DNA of 58,912 nucleotides from a virus (lineage: Duplodnaviria; Caudoviricetes): the IMG/VR virus record IMGVR_UViG_3300038974_000374, positions 1-58,912 of that record; one strand, given 5' to 3'. Below the pieces are notes generated by a model. That model was not told the DNA's origin. It was given only the letters and a program-made list of their open reading frames with translations, and did no database searches. The translations under genes and the position numbers were made by a program. Of this stretch, positions 28,054 to 38,030 are shown one piece after another. The stretch's first letter is position 1. The number at the start of each line of letters is the position of its first letter.

Positions 28054-29457
28054 ATGGCAGGAGAATTAGTAAAACAGAGGATTAACAAGTATGAGGAAGC
28101 TCAGAAGAAAAAACTTGTAGAACTTGGTCAAAGTAAGAAATCTTACAGAAACATTTTATCTTATCTTGAAGGTGAGATAAAACAGTCTACTCAAATGTGT
28201 AACTTTAACTATAACATCCTTTGTTTTAAGAACGATGGTGTGTATCAGTTGAACAAAGCAATTGAGGAAATTTATGGTGTTTCGCAAGGTAAAGGTGACA
28301 AAAACATGTCCGGCGAAGACAGTAAAATTGAAACTGTTGATGTGCAATTAGCAGACGGAACTCGTCTGAAAGTTCCTTATGGAACAATTGCATTGCCGGA
28401 AGCTGGTCCCGATGCCTCTATCAAAATTCAGTATAACAACAAGGAAAACAAGTTGTTAATTACTGGAGCTTGTGAATTCCGCTTTTCTTCGATGATTGAC
28501 GAAATCGTTGAAAGAACAAGAGAATTGTTAACCAGTAACTCGATTTACAAAAATCAAGCTATTGAATTAAGTAACAACTATGAACCAAAAATAATGGACT
28601 TGTCCAATATTGACAAAGAGTTCATGGTATTGTCAGATCGTACCGAGTATGATTTGAAACCATTGCGCGCACGTATCACACAACCACAACGTTGTGTTGA
28701 AAAAGGTATCTCGTTGAAATATGGTTGCCTTATGGAAGGTCCTTATGGAACAGGTAAAACTCTTTTGGCATTTAAACTTGCCAAGGATGCAATTGACAAC
28801 AATTGGGTATTCATTTATTTGAAAGATCCTGCGTTGCTCGCACAAACGTTAAGACTTGCGAAAGTTATTGACAAAAATGGTAATGGGGTTGTAATCTTCG
28901 TTGAAGATATCGACCAAGTAACCAGAGGTAATCGTGATACTGCTATGCAGGATATCTTGAATACATTGGATGGTGGTGATTCAAAACAAATGAATGTAAT
29001 TTCATTGTTTACCACTAATCACATTGAATTGATTGAACCAACTTTCCTTCGTGGTAAACGTATTGGTTCTATTATCTCATTAAGTTTCTTGGATAAGAAA
29101 ACTGCCGGTAAATTTATCGACTTCACATTTTCGAAAGATGGATATGTTGTTGATGATAACGGAATGGATGAAGTTCTCTCCTTAATTGAAGAGAGCAATA
29201 TTGCTCCTGCATTTATGGCAGAAATCACAGAATCGGTAAAATCTAATATGATTTTATCTGACGACAATGTGGTAAAAGCTGAATATATTGAAAACAGCGT
29301 AAGATCTTATCTTCGTCAGGTTGAACTATCTCGTAAAAAAGATATGTCAGAAACTGTAGAAATGAAACTTGCTTCATCATTTAGAGAAGTAGTTACTGGA
29401 TCTTTGACAAAAGAAGTTTCAGATTTACGAGACAAGATGATCGAATATCACGAATAG
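28054..29457 (+). CDS. AAA+ ATPase
   Basis: GPYGTGKT, VIFVEDID, FTTNH, FLRGKRI. Confidence 0.85.
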   Translation: MAGELVKQRINKYEEAQKKKLVELGQSKKSYRNILSYLEGEIKQSTQMCNFNYNILCFKNDGVYQLNKAIEEIYGVSQGKGDKNMSGEDSKIETVDVQLADGTRLKVPYGTIALPEAGPDASIKIQYNNKENKLLITGACEFRFSSMIDEIVERTRELLTSNSIYKNQAIELSNNYEPKIMDLSNIDKEFMVLSDRTEYDLKPLRARITQPQRCVEKGISLKYGCLMEGPYGTGKTLLAFKLAKDAIDNNWVFIYLKDPALLAQTLRLAKVIDKNGNGVVIFVEDIDQVTRGNRDTAMQDILNTLDGGDSKQMNVISLFTTNHIELIEPTFLRGKRIGSIISLSFLDKKTAGKFIDFTFSKDGYVVDDNGMDEVLSLIEESNIAPAFMAEITESVKSNMILSDDNVVKAEYIENSVRSYLRQVELSRKKDMSETVEMKLASSFREVVTGSLTKEVSDLRDKMIEYHE

Positions 29458-29462
29458 TCTCA

Positions 29463-29499
29463 ATAGGGGTAGAGATATTCTCTGCCCCTTATTTTTTTT
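29463..29499 (+). terminator. Rho-independent terminator
   Basis: aggggtagag/ctctgcccct followed by T8. Confidence 0.75.
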
Positions 29500-30076
29500 A
29501 AACTATATGATTATTCAAGAAAAAGATTTTAAGATTATCCATGAACATGGATGTTTTGTACTTTATTTACTGAAAAGTAAAAAGGAAATAAAAGATGATT
29601 CATCAGATAATTATAAAATAGGAGGGTATTATACAAATTTAGAAAGTGCTTTTAAAAGCGTAGTAAAATTTAGAAAAGATAAGAAATATCCTGGTAAAGA
29701 ATCTGCTTCAGATTTATTAAAACTTATCAAAGAGTATTCTGATTTTAAATCTAAATTAAAATTTGTCATAAATAAAATCTATGATCCCATTATTGAACTT
29801 AAGAAATCTTTAATTAAATATGAATAATGGATTATGAATTTCATTTTGGTCCAAATATTCTATACTTAGAATTCAAGGATGCTATGAAAGCAGACAGTGT
29901 TGAAAATGCTGTCAAAGAGATTAGGGAGTCGTTCCCAAACACGAATATTGAAGTTGTCGCCTATAAAAATATTTTAGGTTATTGGGCAGCTTATCACATA
30001 AAATCGGGACATTCGATTTATTGTGGAACAAGAAGTTTAAAAAATACAAGAGAAAGTATTACAAAATATTTAGAAA

Positions 30077-30796
30077 ATGAAACTGAAAATAGTAGCAATT
30101 AGTGACTTACATGGTTTCTTTCCTGAAATAACAGAACCTGCTGATATTGCGATCATTGCGGGGGATACAATTCCGCTTGAGTATCAATTTAATAAACCAA
30201 AAAGTAAAATATGGTTTGAAACTAATTTTGCCGAATGGATAAAAAGTTTACCTGTTGATAAAGTATTTATGATTGCAGGAAACCACGATGCTTATTTTGA
30301 GTCAATCAGTAATGCTAATATTTTGGCATTACATAATGCATGCAATAATAAACTTGTTTATCTTAAAAATGAAGTAACTCATTATTATGATAAGTATGGG
30401 CAATTATGGAGTATCTTTGGAACCCCTTATTGTCATATATTTGGTAATTGGCCATTTATGCGTTCTGAAGAATATATGGAAGAAAAATTTAAAGAAATTC
30501 CTGATAAAGTTGATATTATTATTTCTCATGATCCTCCGTTTTCTGCTGGAGATGTAGATGTAATATTAGAAGCTCCTCAGCATCGTTCTCAACGAATGTT
30601 TAATCATTTAGGAAATGAACCTTTAAAAGCAAGAATTGAACAAGTTGATTACAAAGTTTTATTCTGTGGACATATTCATGGAGGAGATCATGACTTTAAC
30701 GAAGAATGGAGGACTGTAAATGTAAGTCATTTAAATGAAAATTATAGACCACATTATCCACCATTTTATATTGAAATAGAAAAAGATGTCGAATGA
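30077..30796 (+). CDS. Calcineurin-like metallophosphoesterase
   Basis: SDLHG, AGD, AGNHD, SHDPP, CGHIH. Confidence 0.9.
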   Translation: MKLKIVAISDLHGFFPEITEPADIAIIAGDTIPLEYQFNKPKSKIWFETNFAEWIKSLPVDKVFMIAGNHDAYFESISNANILALHNACNNKLVYLKNEVTHYYDKYGQLWSIFGTPYCHIFGNWPFMRSEEYMEEKFKEIPDKVDIIISHDPPFSAGDVDVILEAPQHRSQRMFNHLGNEPLKARIEQVDYKVLFCGHIHGGDHDFNEEWRTVNVSHLNENYRPHYPPFYIEIEKDVE

Positions 30797-31304
30797 AAAA
30801 ATGACTAATCCATTCAAAAGTGCTTCAGGTGAATTAATTTGGGGTACATCTTCTTCATTTGTTATAACAGAAGAACAAGTTAATGGCTTAATTTATCAAA
30901 TAAGAGAATTAAGAAGTAACTTGGAACTTGAATTGAAACAAAGTGAATGTAATCATGAGGAGACTTTTATTTCTATTGAACAAGACGAAGATGGAAATAA
31001 AGTAAGAAAAGAAGTATGTAAATCCTGTAACAAGGTAGTAAACGATAACGTAGGAGGAGGAATGATATAATGGAAATAGATGAAGAATTGTACGAAATGC
31101 AACAAATGGAACTAGCTTTTAAAAAAGCTTGCGAATTACATCTTCAATATGAACAACATATGATTTCTAATCGTATTCAGTTTCAGCAAAAATGTCCTCA
31201 TCTGGAATTAAAAGTTTCAGACTATGAAGATCCTATTCACAAAAAACGTTATAATGTATATCATTGTAAACGATGTGAGAAATTAATTAAAAAAGAAGAA
31301 AAAA

Positions 31305-31922
31305 ATGAGTAAGATTTGGTTTATGAGTGATACTCACTATGGACATCTTAACATTTGTTATGGTACTTCTAATTGGAATGATAAAGAAACAACAACTCGT
31401 CGATATAATACAATTGATAGAATGAACGATTCAATCGTTAAATCTATAAATGATTGTGTTATGCCTGATGACATTATATATTTTCTTGGTGATTGGAGCA
31501 TGGGAGGAATTGAAAATATTGCTAAATTTATTCGTAGATTAAATTGCAAAAATATATTTTTTGTTCCTGGAAACCATGATCATCATATCAAAAAGAATAA
31601 GGCATTTATGTTTGTTGAAGATGGTAATACAATTATAGTTAATCCACAGGAGTATTTTACAATGCTTCCTGAATTAACAACTATTACTATAAATAAACAA
31701 AAGTTTGTGCTTTCTCATTATCCCGTTGAACAATGGGAAGATATGGATCGTGGTTCTATTATGCTTCATGGACACTGTCATCATACTATTGATAATTGTG
31801 AAACAAATACCAAATATCGTCGCATGGATATAGGAATAGATTGGAAAGAATTTAGACCTTACTCTCTTGAAGAAATATTAAAAATTATGGAAACAAGAGA
31901 GTATAAGAAGCATACCAGCTAA
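31305..31922 (+). CDS. Calcineurin-like metallophosphoesterase
   Basis: SDTHYGH, LGD, PGNHD, SHYP, HGHCH. Confidence 0.9.
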   Translation: MSKIWFMSDTHYGHLNICYGTSNWNDKETTTRRYNTIDRMNDSIVKSINDCVMPDDIIYFLGDWSMGGIENIAKFIRRLNCKNIFFVPGNHDHHIKKNKAFMFVEDGNTIIVNPQEYFTMLPELTTITINKQKFVLSHYPVEQWEDMDRGSIMLHGHCHHTIDNCETNTKYRRMDIGIDWKEFRPYSLEEILKIMETREYKKHTS

Positions 31923-32320
31923 TGATAAAAATATATACTGACGGTGCCTATTCTCCTTCGAGAAGTCAAGGAGGATGGGCATTCGTTGTTTTAAAAGATG
32001 ATGTAAAGATTTACTCATCTTTTTTTCCAGTAAAAGATACCACTAACAATAGGATGGAAATCCAGGCAGCTATTGAAGCTTGTAAGTGGGCAAAAGAAAA
32101 TGGATATGATGAGATAACCATATTCTCTGATTCAATGTATGTGATTGGAACAATGACATTAGATTGGAAAAGAAAAAAAAATAATGACCTTTGGTCAGAA
32201 ATGGACGATGTAACTTCAACTGTGAAAGTTAATTGGGAACACGTTAAAGGTCATAACGGAGATAAATATAATGAATTGTGCGATGCACTAGCTGTAGAAG
32301 CAAGTAAAGCAAGTAGTTAA
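31922..32320 (+). CDS. rnhA: Ribonuclease HI
   Basis: IYTDGA, TNNRME, SDSMY, HVKGH, NELCDALA. Confidence 0.92.
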   Translation: MIKIYTDGAYSPSRSQGGWAFVVLKDDVKIYSSFFPVKDTTNNRMEIQAAIEACKWAKENGYDEITIFSDSMYVIGTMTLDWKRKKNNDLWSEMDDVTSTVKVNWEHVKGHNGDKYNELCDALAVEASKASS

Positions 32321-32556
32321 TATGAGTATAATAGGTGATATTAGAGACGAACGAGAAGATGAGATGTTTAAAGAATTTTTAGTTTTAATAAGTAATAACT
32401 TAGAAACTGAAAGTATATTTTTAACTTCGAATCCACAAACATATTTCAAAGTTGAAGCTGGTGAAATGATTGAAGCTGTTGCTAAGATTTTTGGACGCAG
32501 TAATGAAACCGCAGGCAAGATATTTAATGAAATAATGGACAAAAAAGAAAATTAGA

Positions 32557-33123
32557 ATGGCAGGATTAAGAACTATTGTAGAGGAAAGACCTAAAAATGT
32601 AGCAGTTATGGATGTATTTTCAAAACTGATACAAGAAAGAATTATATTTATAGATAATGTAATTGATGATGATTTAGCGAATGGAGTAATTGCTCAAATG
32701 CTTTATCTGGATTCTCTTGATAGTAAAACTCCAATTGATGTTTATATAAATACTCCCGGTGGAAGTGTTTATGCAGGATTGGCAATTTACGACATTAGTG
32801 AAAAAATAAAAGCTCCTATTAGAACCGTATGTATGGGACTAGTTGCATCAATGGGAGTACCTTTAACCTTAATGGGAAAAGAAAGATGTGCAACAAAAAG
32901 AACTCGATTTATGATTCATCAACCATCGGGTGGAGCATTTGGTACTGTTTCGGATGTAAAAATTTCAGTTAAAGAAATTGAGACTGTTGAGAAAGAACTT
33001 TACTTAATTATTGCTGAAAAAACTGGTAGAACTTATGAAGAAGTAGTAAAAGACTGTGATCGCGATTATTGGATGAGTGCCGAAGAAGCACTATCTTATG
33101 GAATTATAACAAAAATACTTTAA
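32557..33123 (+). CDS. clpP: ClpP protease subunit
   Basis: DVFSKLIQERIIF, YINTPGGSV, VASMG, MIHQP, DRDYWMSAEEA. Confidence 0.93.
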   Translation: MAGLRTIVEERPKNVAVMDVFSKLIQERIIFIDNVIDDDLANGVIAQMLYLDSLDSKTPIDVYINTPGGSVYAGLAIYDISEKIKAPIRTVCMGLVASMGVPLTLMGKERCATKRTRFMIHQPSGGAFGTVSDVKISVKEIETVEKELYLIIAEKTGRTYEEVVKDCDRDYWMSAEEALSYGIITKIL

Positions 33124-33429
33124 TGGATTTAAGTGAACGCACATTATATGTAAAAGATAAACAAACTGTTTTAGTAGATACTACATTTATATATGAAACT
33201 TGCGTTTATCTTCATCATAAAGGATATTTCTCTTTAATTAATTCAAAATTTTACTCATCTCCTAAAGAAATTAATGGAGTTGTTGAATCATTTTTTATTA
33301 AGAAAAATGTAGAGATTTGTTCCGAGCTTTTTGCAGCACCAGAGCAATGGTTAATAGATAATCAATTTACTAGATATGTTAAACCTACAAAGATGAAAAA
33401 AGTTACAAATAAAGTAAAAAATAAAGGTA

Positions 33430-33936
33430 ATGGCAAATAGAAAATTAACACTGATAAGTCCAGCAATAGGAGAATTATTAGTAAAACAAATTGCTCATGA
33501 ATTAAAGAATCGAAATTTATATTTAAGCTTTGCTAATTATTTTGGCGTAGAAGGAATTGTTGATTTAGAAAAATATTATCGATATCGAGCAGATGAAGAA
33601 GATGATCATCACAAATGGATCATGGATTATTTATCTGAAGGTGATTATAAATTTATGTATCCCGCTGTAGAACAAAATACAGAAAAATTTGACACTTATG
33701 TTACTCCTTTTAAACAAACTGTTGACAGAGAAATAGTAACTACTCAAATGCTGTATACAATCTATGAGTTGGCAATATCTGAAAAAGATTATATGACAGC
33801 ATCGTGGTTGTACGAAAAATTAATAAAGGAACAAATAGAGGAAGAAAATACTTCAAGAATGGCAGTTACCATTATGGAAGAAGAATCCGATATTTACCTA
33901 AAAGCTGATAAAGTATTAGATTTGTTAGAAAAATAA
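33430..33936 (+). CDS. Ferritin-like protein
   Basis: QIAHELKN, EEDDHH, EQIEEE ferroxidase residues. Confidence 0.85.
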   Translation: MANRKLTLISPAIGELLVKQIAHELKNRNLYLSFANYFGVEGIVDLEKYYRYRADEEDDHHKWIMDYLSEGDYKFMYPAVEQNTEKFDTYVTPFKQTVDREIVTTQMLYTIYELAISEKDYMTASWLYEKLIKEQIEEENTSRMAVTIMEEESDIYLKADKVLDLLEK

Positions 33937-34410
33937 GATGAATTATTTGGTTTTTGATCAAGAAGGAGAACTGCTTGATGTATTAACTTTTAATTCTAAT
34001 GACGATCTAACTTTATTTAAATCTACTAACCCAACATACGTTATTCGTGAAGAAGAAGATTTCATAATTGATGAAGATGATTTTTTTACGGAAGATGATG
34101 AAGGATTTGAATGGTAGAATTAATTAAAGAAGTAGAATTATTAGCAGTAAGAGATGGAGTTTATACCGTATATGTTTTCAAAGTTTTAAATGAAGAAAAC
34201 TATGTAATGTGTACAAGACTTCCAAATTGGCAGGTTCCCGAAATATCAATTGGAGATCAAGGTTTTTTACAATATCAAATTGTAAATGCTGGAGATAAAT
34301 ATGTCACTCCTGATGGAGAAAAAGATATATTTAGATATTCTAATTGTTATTTCATAAATTTCGTAAATAAATCAGATATTGTAAAAAATAAAGAAATAAT
34401 AATGTAAGAT

Positions 34411-35265
34411 ATGAGTACATTAATGGAAGAAAAATTAAAAGAAGCAATGGATAAGAAACAAGTTGATATTAATAGCTTTATTTGGAAAGGAAATAAAGTA
34501 CTGGACGCTTCAGGTAAATATAAACAGACTGAGAAAAAACTAACTGCAATGTCTGAGTTTGAAATAAATGAGTGTTATGATCACTGTAAAACTATGTTAT
34601 TTAACAAGGATGTACTAAATCCTGGAAGATATGTAGTGTTGGAAGGAATCGCGGATCAGAAAGACAGAGTTGGGGCAGAATTGTTTTTACGCAGTGTAGA
34701 ACAAAAAGGGAGTTTAAGTCGTTTTACTCTTTTAGGATCAATAAATGAATTCTTAAAAAACAACAAAGAAGCACTTAAGAATTATAAACCTGTGGTAGGT
34801 GATGTATTCTCGGGCATACCAAACGAGTTTATGAAAATCCCTCTTAACTTAGTTATTGATGGATGTCTAGATAGACTTGGAACATTTAACAAAAAACACA
34901 TAACAAGAACCTTTATATTAAAACAAGGTATCTGGTTAACACCTGCTGAATCAAAAGAATTGGTTGAAACAAATGAGGACGGTTCAATAAAAGACAGGTT
35001 AGAAGTCATTAGAGAAAGATTAAACATTAAAGAAATTGAGAAATTGTATATCAATTCTAAAGGTTTAAATTATACTCAAATGCGCGCGATGCTGAATATC
35101 AAACCAAATAAAAAATATATGGATTTGACAACTGTTCAATTGGAAACTTTAAGATATCGAATTTTATTCAATCTTGAAGAAACAGTTAAAGAACATATTT
35201 CGGCTTGGGAAAGAAGAATGGAAGAAATCGAAATGGTAGCAAACTATAAAGGTTTCAAAATATAA
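34411..35265 (+). CDS. Conserved hypothetical protein upstream of the polymerase
   Basis: 284 aa ORF, overlaps the PolB start. Confidence 0.6.
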   Translation: MSTLMEEKLKEAMDKKQVDINSFIWKGNKVLDASGKYKQTEKKLTAMSEFEINECYDHCKTMLFNKDVLNPGRYVVLEGIADQKDRVGAELFLRSVEQKGSLSRFTLLGSINEFLKNNKEALKNYKPVVGDVFSGIPNEFMKIPLNLVIDGCLDRLGTFNKKHITRTFILKQGIWLTPAESKELVETNEDGSIKDRLEVIRERLNIKEIEKLYINSKGLNYTQMRAMLNIKPNKKYMDLTTVQLETLRYRILFNLEETVKEHISAWERRMEEIEMVANYKGFKI

Positions 35266-37211
35266 TGTTGAGTGAAGTATATGATATCGAAGTATTATGT
35301 AATTTATTTACATATACAGGGTATTGTAGACAAACTAACACGTATCATCAATTTGTAATTCATAAATCACAAAACGATTATGAATTATTAATGAGTCATT
35401 TATTTAGAGACAAATTGATAATGGTTGGATATAATAATGAAAATTATGATTATCCAATCATTCATCACATGATAAACCATTATAATGAATATAAATATCT
35501 TAGTGGTTTTGAATTGTCTCAAAAGATTTATAAAAAATCTCAAGAAATTATTGAATCTCAATTTAGTGATGTAGCTGATTGGAATAAACATATCTATCAA
35601 GTTGACTTAATGAAAATTATGCACTTTGATTCAACTGCTAAATCTACATCTTTAAAGGATATAGAGTTTTATTTGCGATTGGATTCTATTGAAGATATGC
35701 CATTTTCACATGATTATTGGATTACTACTCAAAAAGAAATTGATAATATTTTATCTTATAATAAACATGATGTTTTTGCAACATGTTGTTTATTAGATGT
35801 GGTTCAAGGCAATACTGAATTAGAATTGTACAAAGGTCAAGACAAAATTCAATTGAGAAAAGATATTCAAGCTGAGTTTGGAATCAAATGTATCAATTAT
35901 AATAATGTTAAAATTGGAGAAGAAATTAACAAAATGGAATATTTGAAAAATAATCCAGGATTACGCGCACAGGATTTGAAAAATGTAGCTCCTGTAATAA
36001 GACCTTTTACATTTGGTCAGTGTATTCCTTCTTATGTTAAATTCAAATCTCAAAAATTTATTGATTTTTATAATTCTATAAAAGATATTCAAGTAAACAT
36101 CAACATTGTTAATAAAGAGGATAAACAATCTTTTACATTAATTCATAATGGTACCAAATATACTATTGCAAGAGGTGGAATACATTCTTGTGAGACTGGA
36201 AGAAAATTAATTCCTGGACCAAATGAATTACTTCGAGATGCTGACGTTGGATCACAATATCCAAATGCGATTCGTAAAAGACGTTTATTCCCAAATCAAT
36301 TAGGAGAAAGTTGGCTAATTGGTTATACAAATAATATCCAACGAAGAATTGATGCTAAGAAAGAAGGAAAAAGAACAGGAAATCCTAAATACACTTCTAT
36401 TGCCGATACTTATAAATTGGCATTAAATGGAGGTGGTTTTGGTAAATCAGGTGAGCCAAAGAATTGGCAATATGATCCTTTCCTTTCTTTAAGTTGTACT
36501 ATTGGTAATCAGTTCGAAATTTTAATGCTTATTGAAGAAATGGAATTAAATAATATACATGTAGTATCAGCTAATACTGATGGTATTGTTTGTTTATTTG
36601 ATAAGTCATTGGATGAAAAATACTATGAAATTTGTCACAATTGGGAAAAAATAGTAGGGAATGAAACTTTAGGTCAATTGGAGTATACAGAATATAAAAT
36701 GCTTATTCAAACTTCAGTAAATGATTATATTGCTGTAAAACCTGATGGAAAAATTAAATTAAAGGGTGATTTCTGTATTGATGTAGAAATGCATAAAAAC
36801 CCTTCAATGCGAATTGTTCCAATTGCCTTACGTGATTATTTTGTTTATGGTAAACCGATTGAAGAAACAATAAAAAATCACAATAATATTTATGATTTTT
36901 GTTTACGAATGAAAACCAATCGAGCATATCAAGCTGAGTATCACTATGTTGATTTAGATAGAAGTGAGTATAAAATTGATCAACTTTCTAAAACATTACG
37001 ATATTATATATCAAATAAAGGCGGAACATTGTATAAAAGAGAAAAAGCAACTGGTAAATTAATTGGAACAAATGTTGGTTTTGTTGCTACAACTTTTAAT
37101 AGATATGTAGAAAAACCAATGGAAGACTATGATGTCAATTATCAATTTTATATAATGGAATGCAACAAAATTATTAATCAAATTGAAACTTCTCAATTAA
37201 CACTATTTTAA
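35265..37211 (+). CDS. Family B DNA polymerase (crAss-like type)
   Basis: Exo YDIE, GYNNENYD, YNKHD; polymerase DVGSQYP, KLALNGGGFGK, SANTDG. Confidence 0.9.
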   Translation: MLSEVYDIEVLCNLFTYTGYCRQTNTYHQFVIHKSQNDYELLMSHLFRDKLIMVGYNNENYDYPIIHHMINHYNEYKYLSGFELSQKIYKKSQEIIESQFSDVADWNKHIYQVDLMKIMHFDSTAKSTSLKDIEFYLRLDSIEDMPFSHDYWITTQKEIDNILSYNKHDVFATCCLLDVVQGNTELELYKGQDKIQLRKDIQAEFGIKCINYNNVKIGEEINKMEYLKNNPGLRAQDLKNVAPVIRPFTFGQCIPSYVKFKSQKFIDFYNSIKDIQVNINIVNKEDKQSFTLIHNGTKYTIARGGIHSCETGRKLIPGPNELLRDADVGSQYPNAIRKRRLFPNQLGESWLIGYTNNIQRRIDAKKEGKRTGNPKYTSIADTYKLALNGGGFGKSGEPKNWQYDPFLSLSCTIGNQFEILMLIEEMELNNIHVVSANTDGIVCLFDKSLDEKYYEICHNWEKIVGNETLGQLEYTEYKMLIQTSVNDYIAVKPDGKIKLKGDFCIDVEMHKNPSMRIVPIALRDYFVYGKPIEETIKNHNNIYDFCLRMKTNRAYQAEYHYVDLDRSEYKIDQLSKTLRYYISNKGGTLYKREKATGKLIGTNVGFVATTFNRYVEKPMEDYDVNYQFYIMECNKIINQIETSQLTLF

Positions 37212-37717
37212 AATGGAAAAGAAAAGATTTAAATTTACAGTCGAATTTGACATGGAAGATTCTCCCGAAACTTCAGGATTTGTTGAAGATGCCATTGAGG
37301 TTATAAAAAGTGGTGAATTCGCTCAATCATTAGAAGAAGATGGATTTACAAACGTTATTTGCGAAATCGTTGAACTATGAAAAAAGGAGATTTAGTAAAT
37401 ATTACAAAAATTGTTGATAATTTTGATGGTAATCATCCAAATGGAATTAACGAAGGATATTCTAAAACTGGAACACTTTATTCAGATTTAGTAGTCGGTG
37501 AAAATATTGTAGTAATTAGTAGTTCACGTCAGTTGACTACTTCTAAAATAATTGAAATAGTTGATGAAAATACGGTAAAAACTAGAAATTCTACTTACCG
37601 AATTGAACTTGTCGTACCAGAAGATTTGTAAAACTTTTTTTGAAGATTTAACTCTTTTTTCTTGTGTATGTCAAATTTTTTTTGTATCTTTGTATTAAGA
37701 AAATGAAAAATGAGAAA

Positions 37718-38009
37718 ATGAAAAATTTTAAGCTAGAAAGACTCCAACAGGGAGAAAGCTTTACTACTTCGGAAAAAGGAAATTCTATGACCCCCAAGAA
37801 TAAAATCTGGTCAAGAACATATACTGTCGCCCGCTCAATGGAATTCTGTTGATGTGGGCGACATTGTTTATTGTAAAGTCCGAGGAAGATTTTACACACA
37901 TTTAGTCATTGCTAAGAATGAATCCAAAGGTTGTTTAATTGGGAACAATCATGGAGGAATTAACGGTTGGACTAAACAGATATACGGTAAAGTAACAGAA
38001 ATACTTTAA
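37718..38009 (+). CDS. S24/S26 peptidase-like protein (apparent C-run frameshift near 37793)
   Basis: GNSMTP/RIKSGQ...VGDIVYCKVRGRFYTHLV...IGNNHGGINGW. Confidence 0.55.
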
Positions 38010-38030
38010 GTATGATTAAATTTTTTATAA

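Noticed and set aside
10270-37800. Programmed frameshifts at about 10275, 12440, 17793, 26830 and 37793
   Set aside because: Single-base indels in homopolymer runs of unrelated genes with no stimulatory structure; sequencing error or decay is more likely
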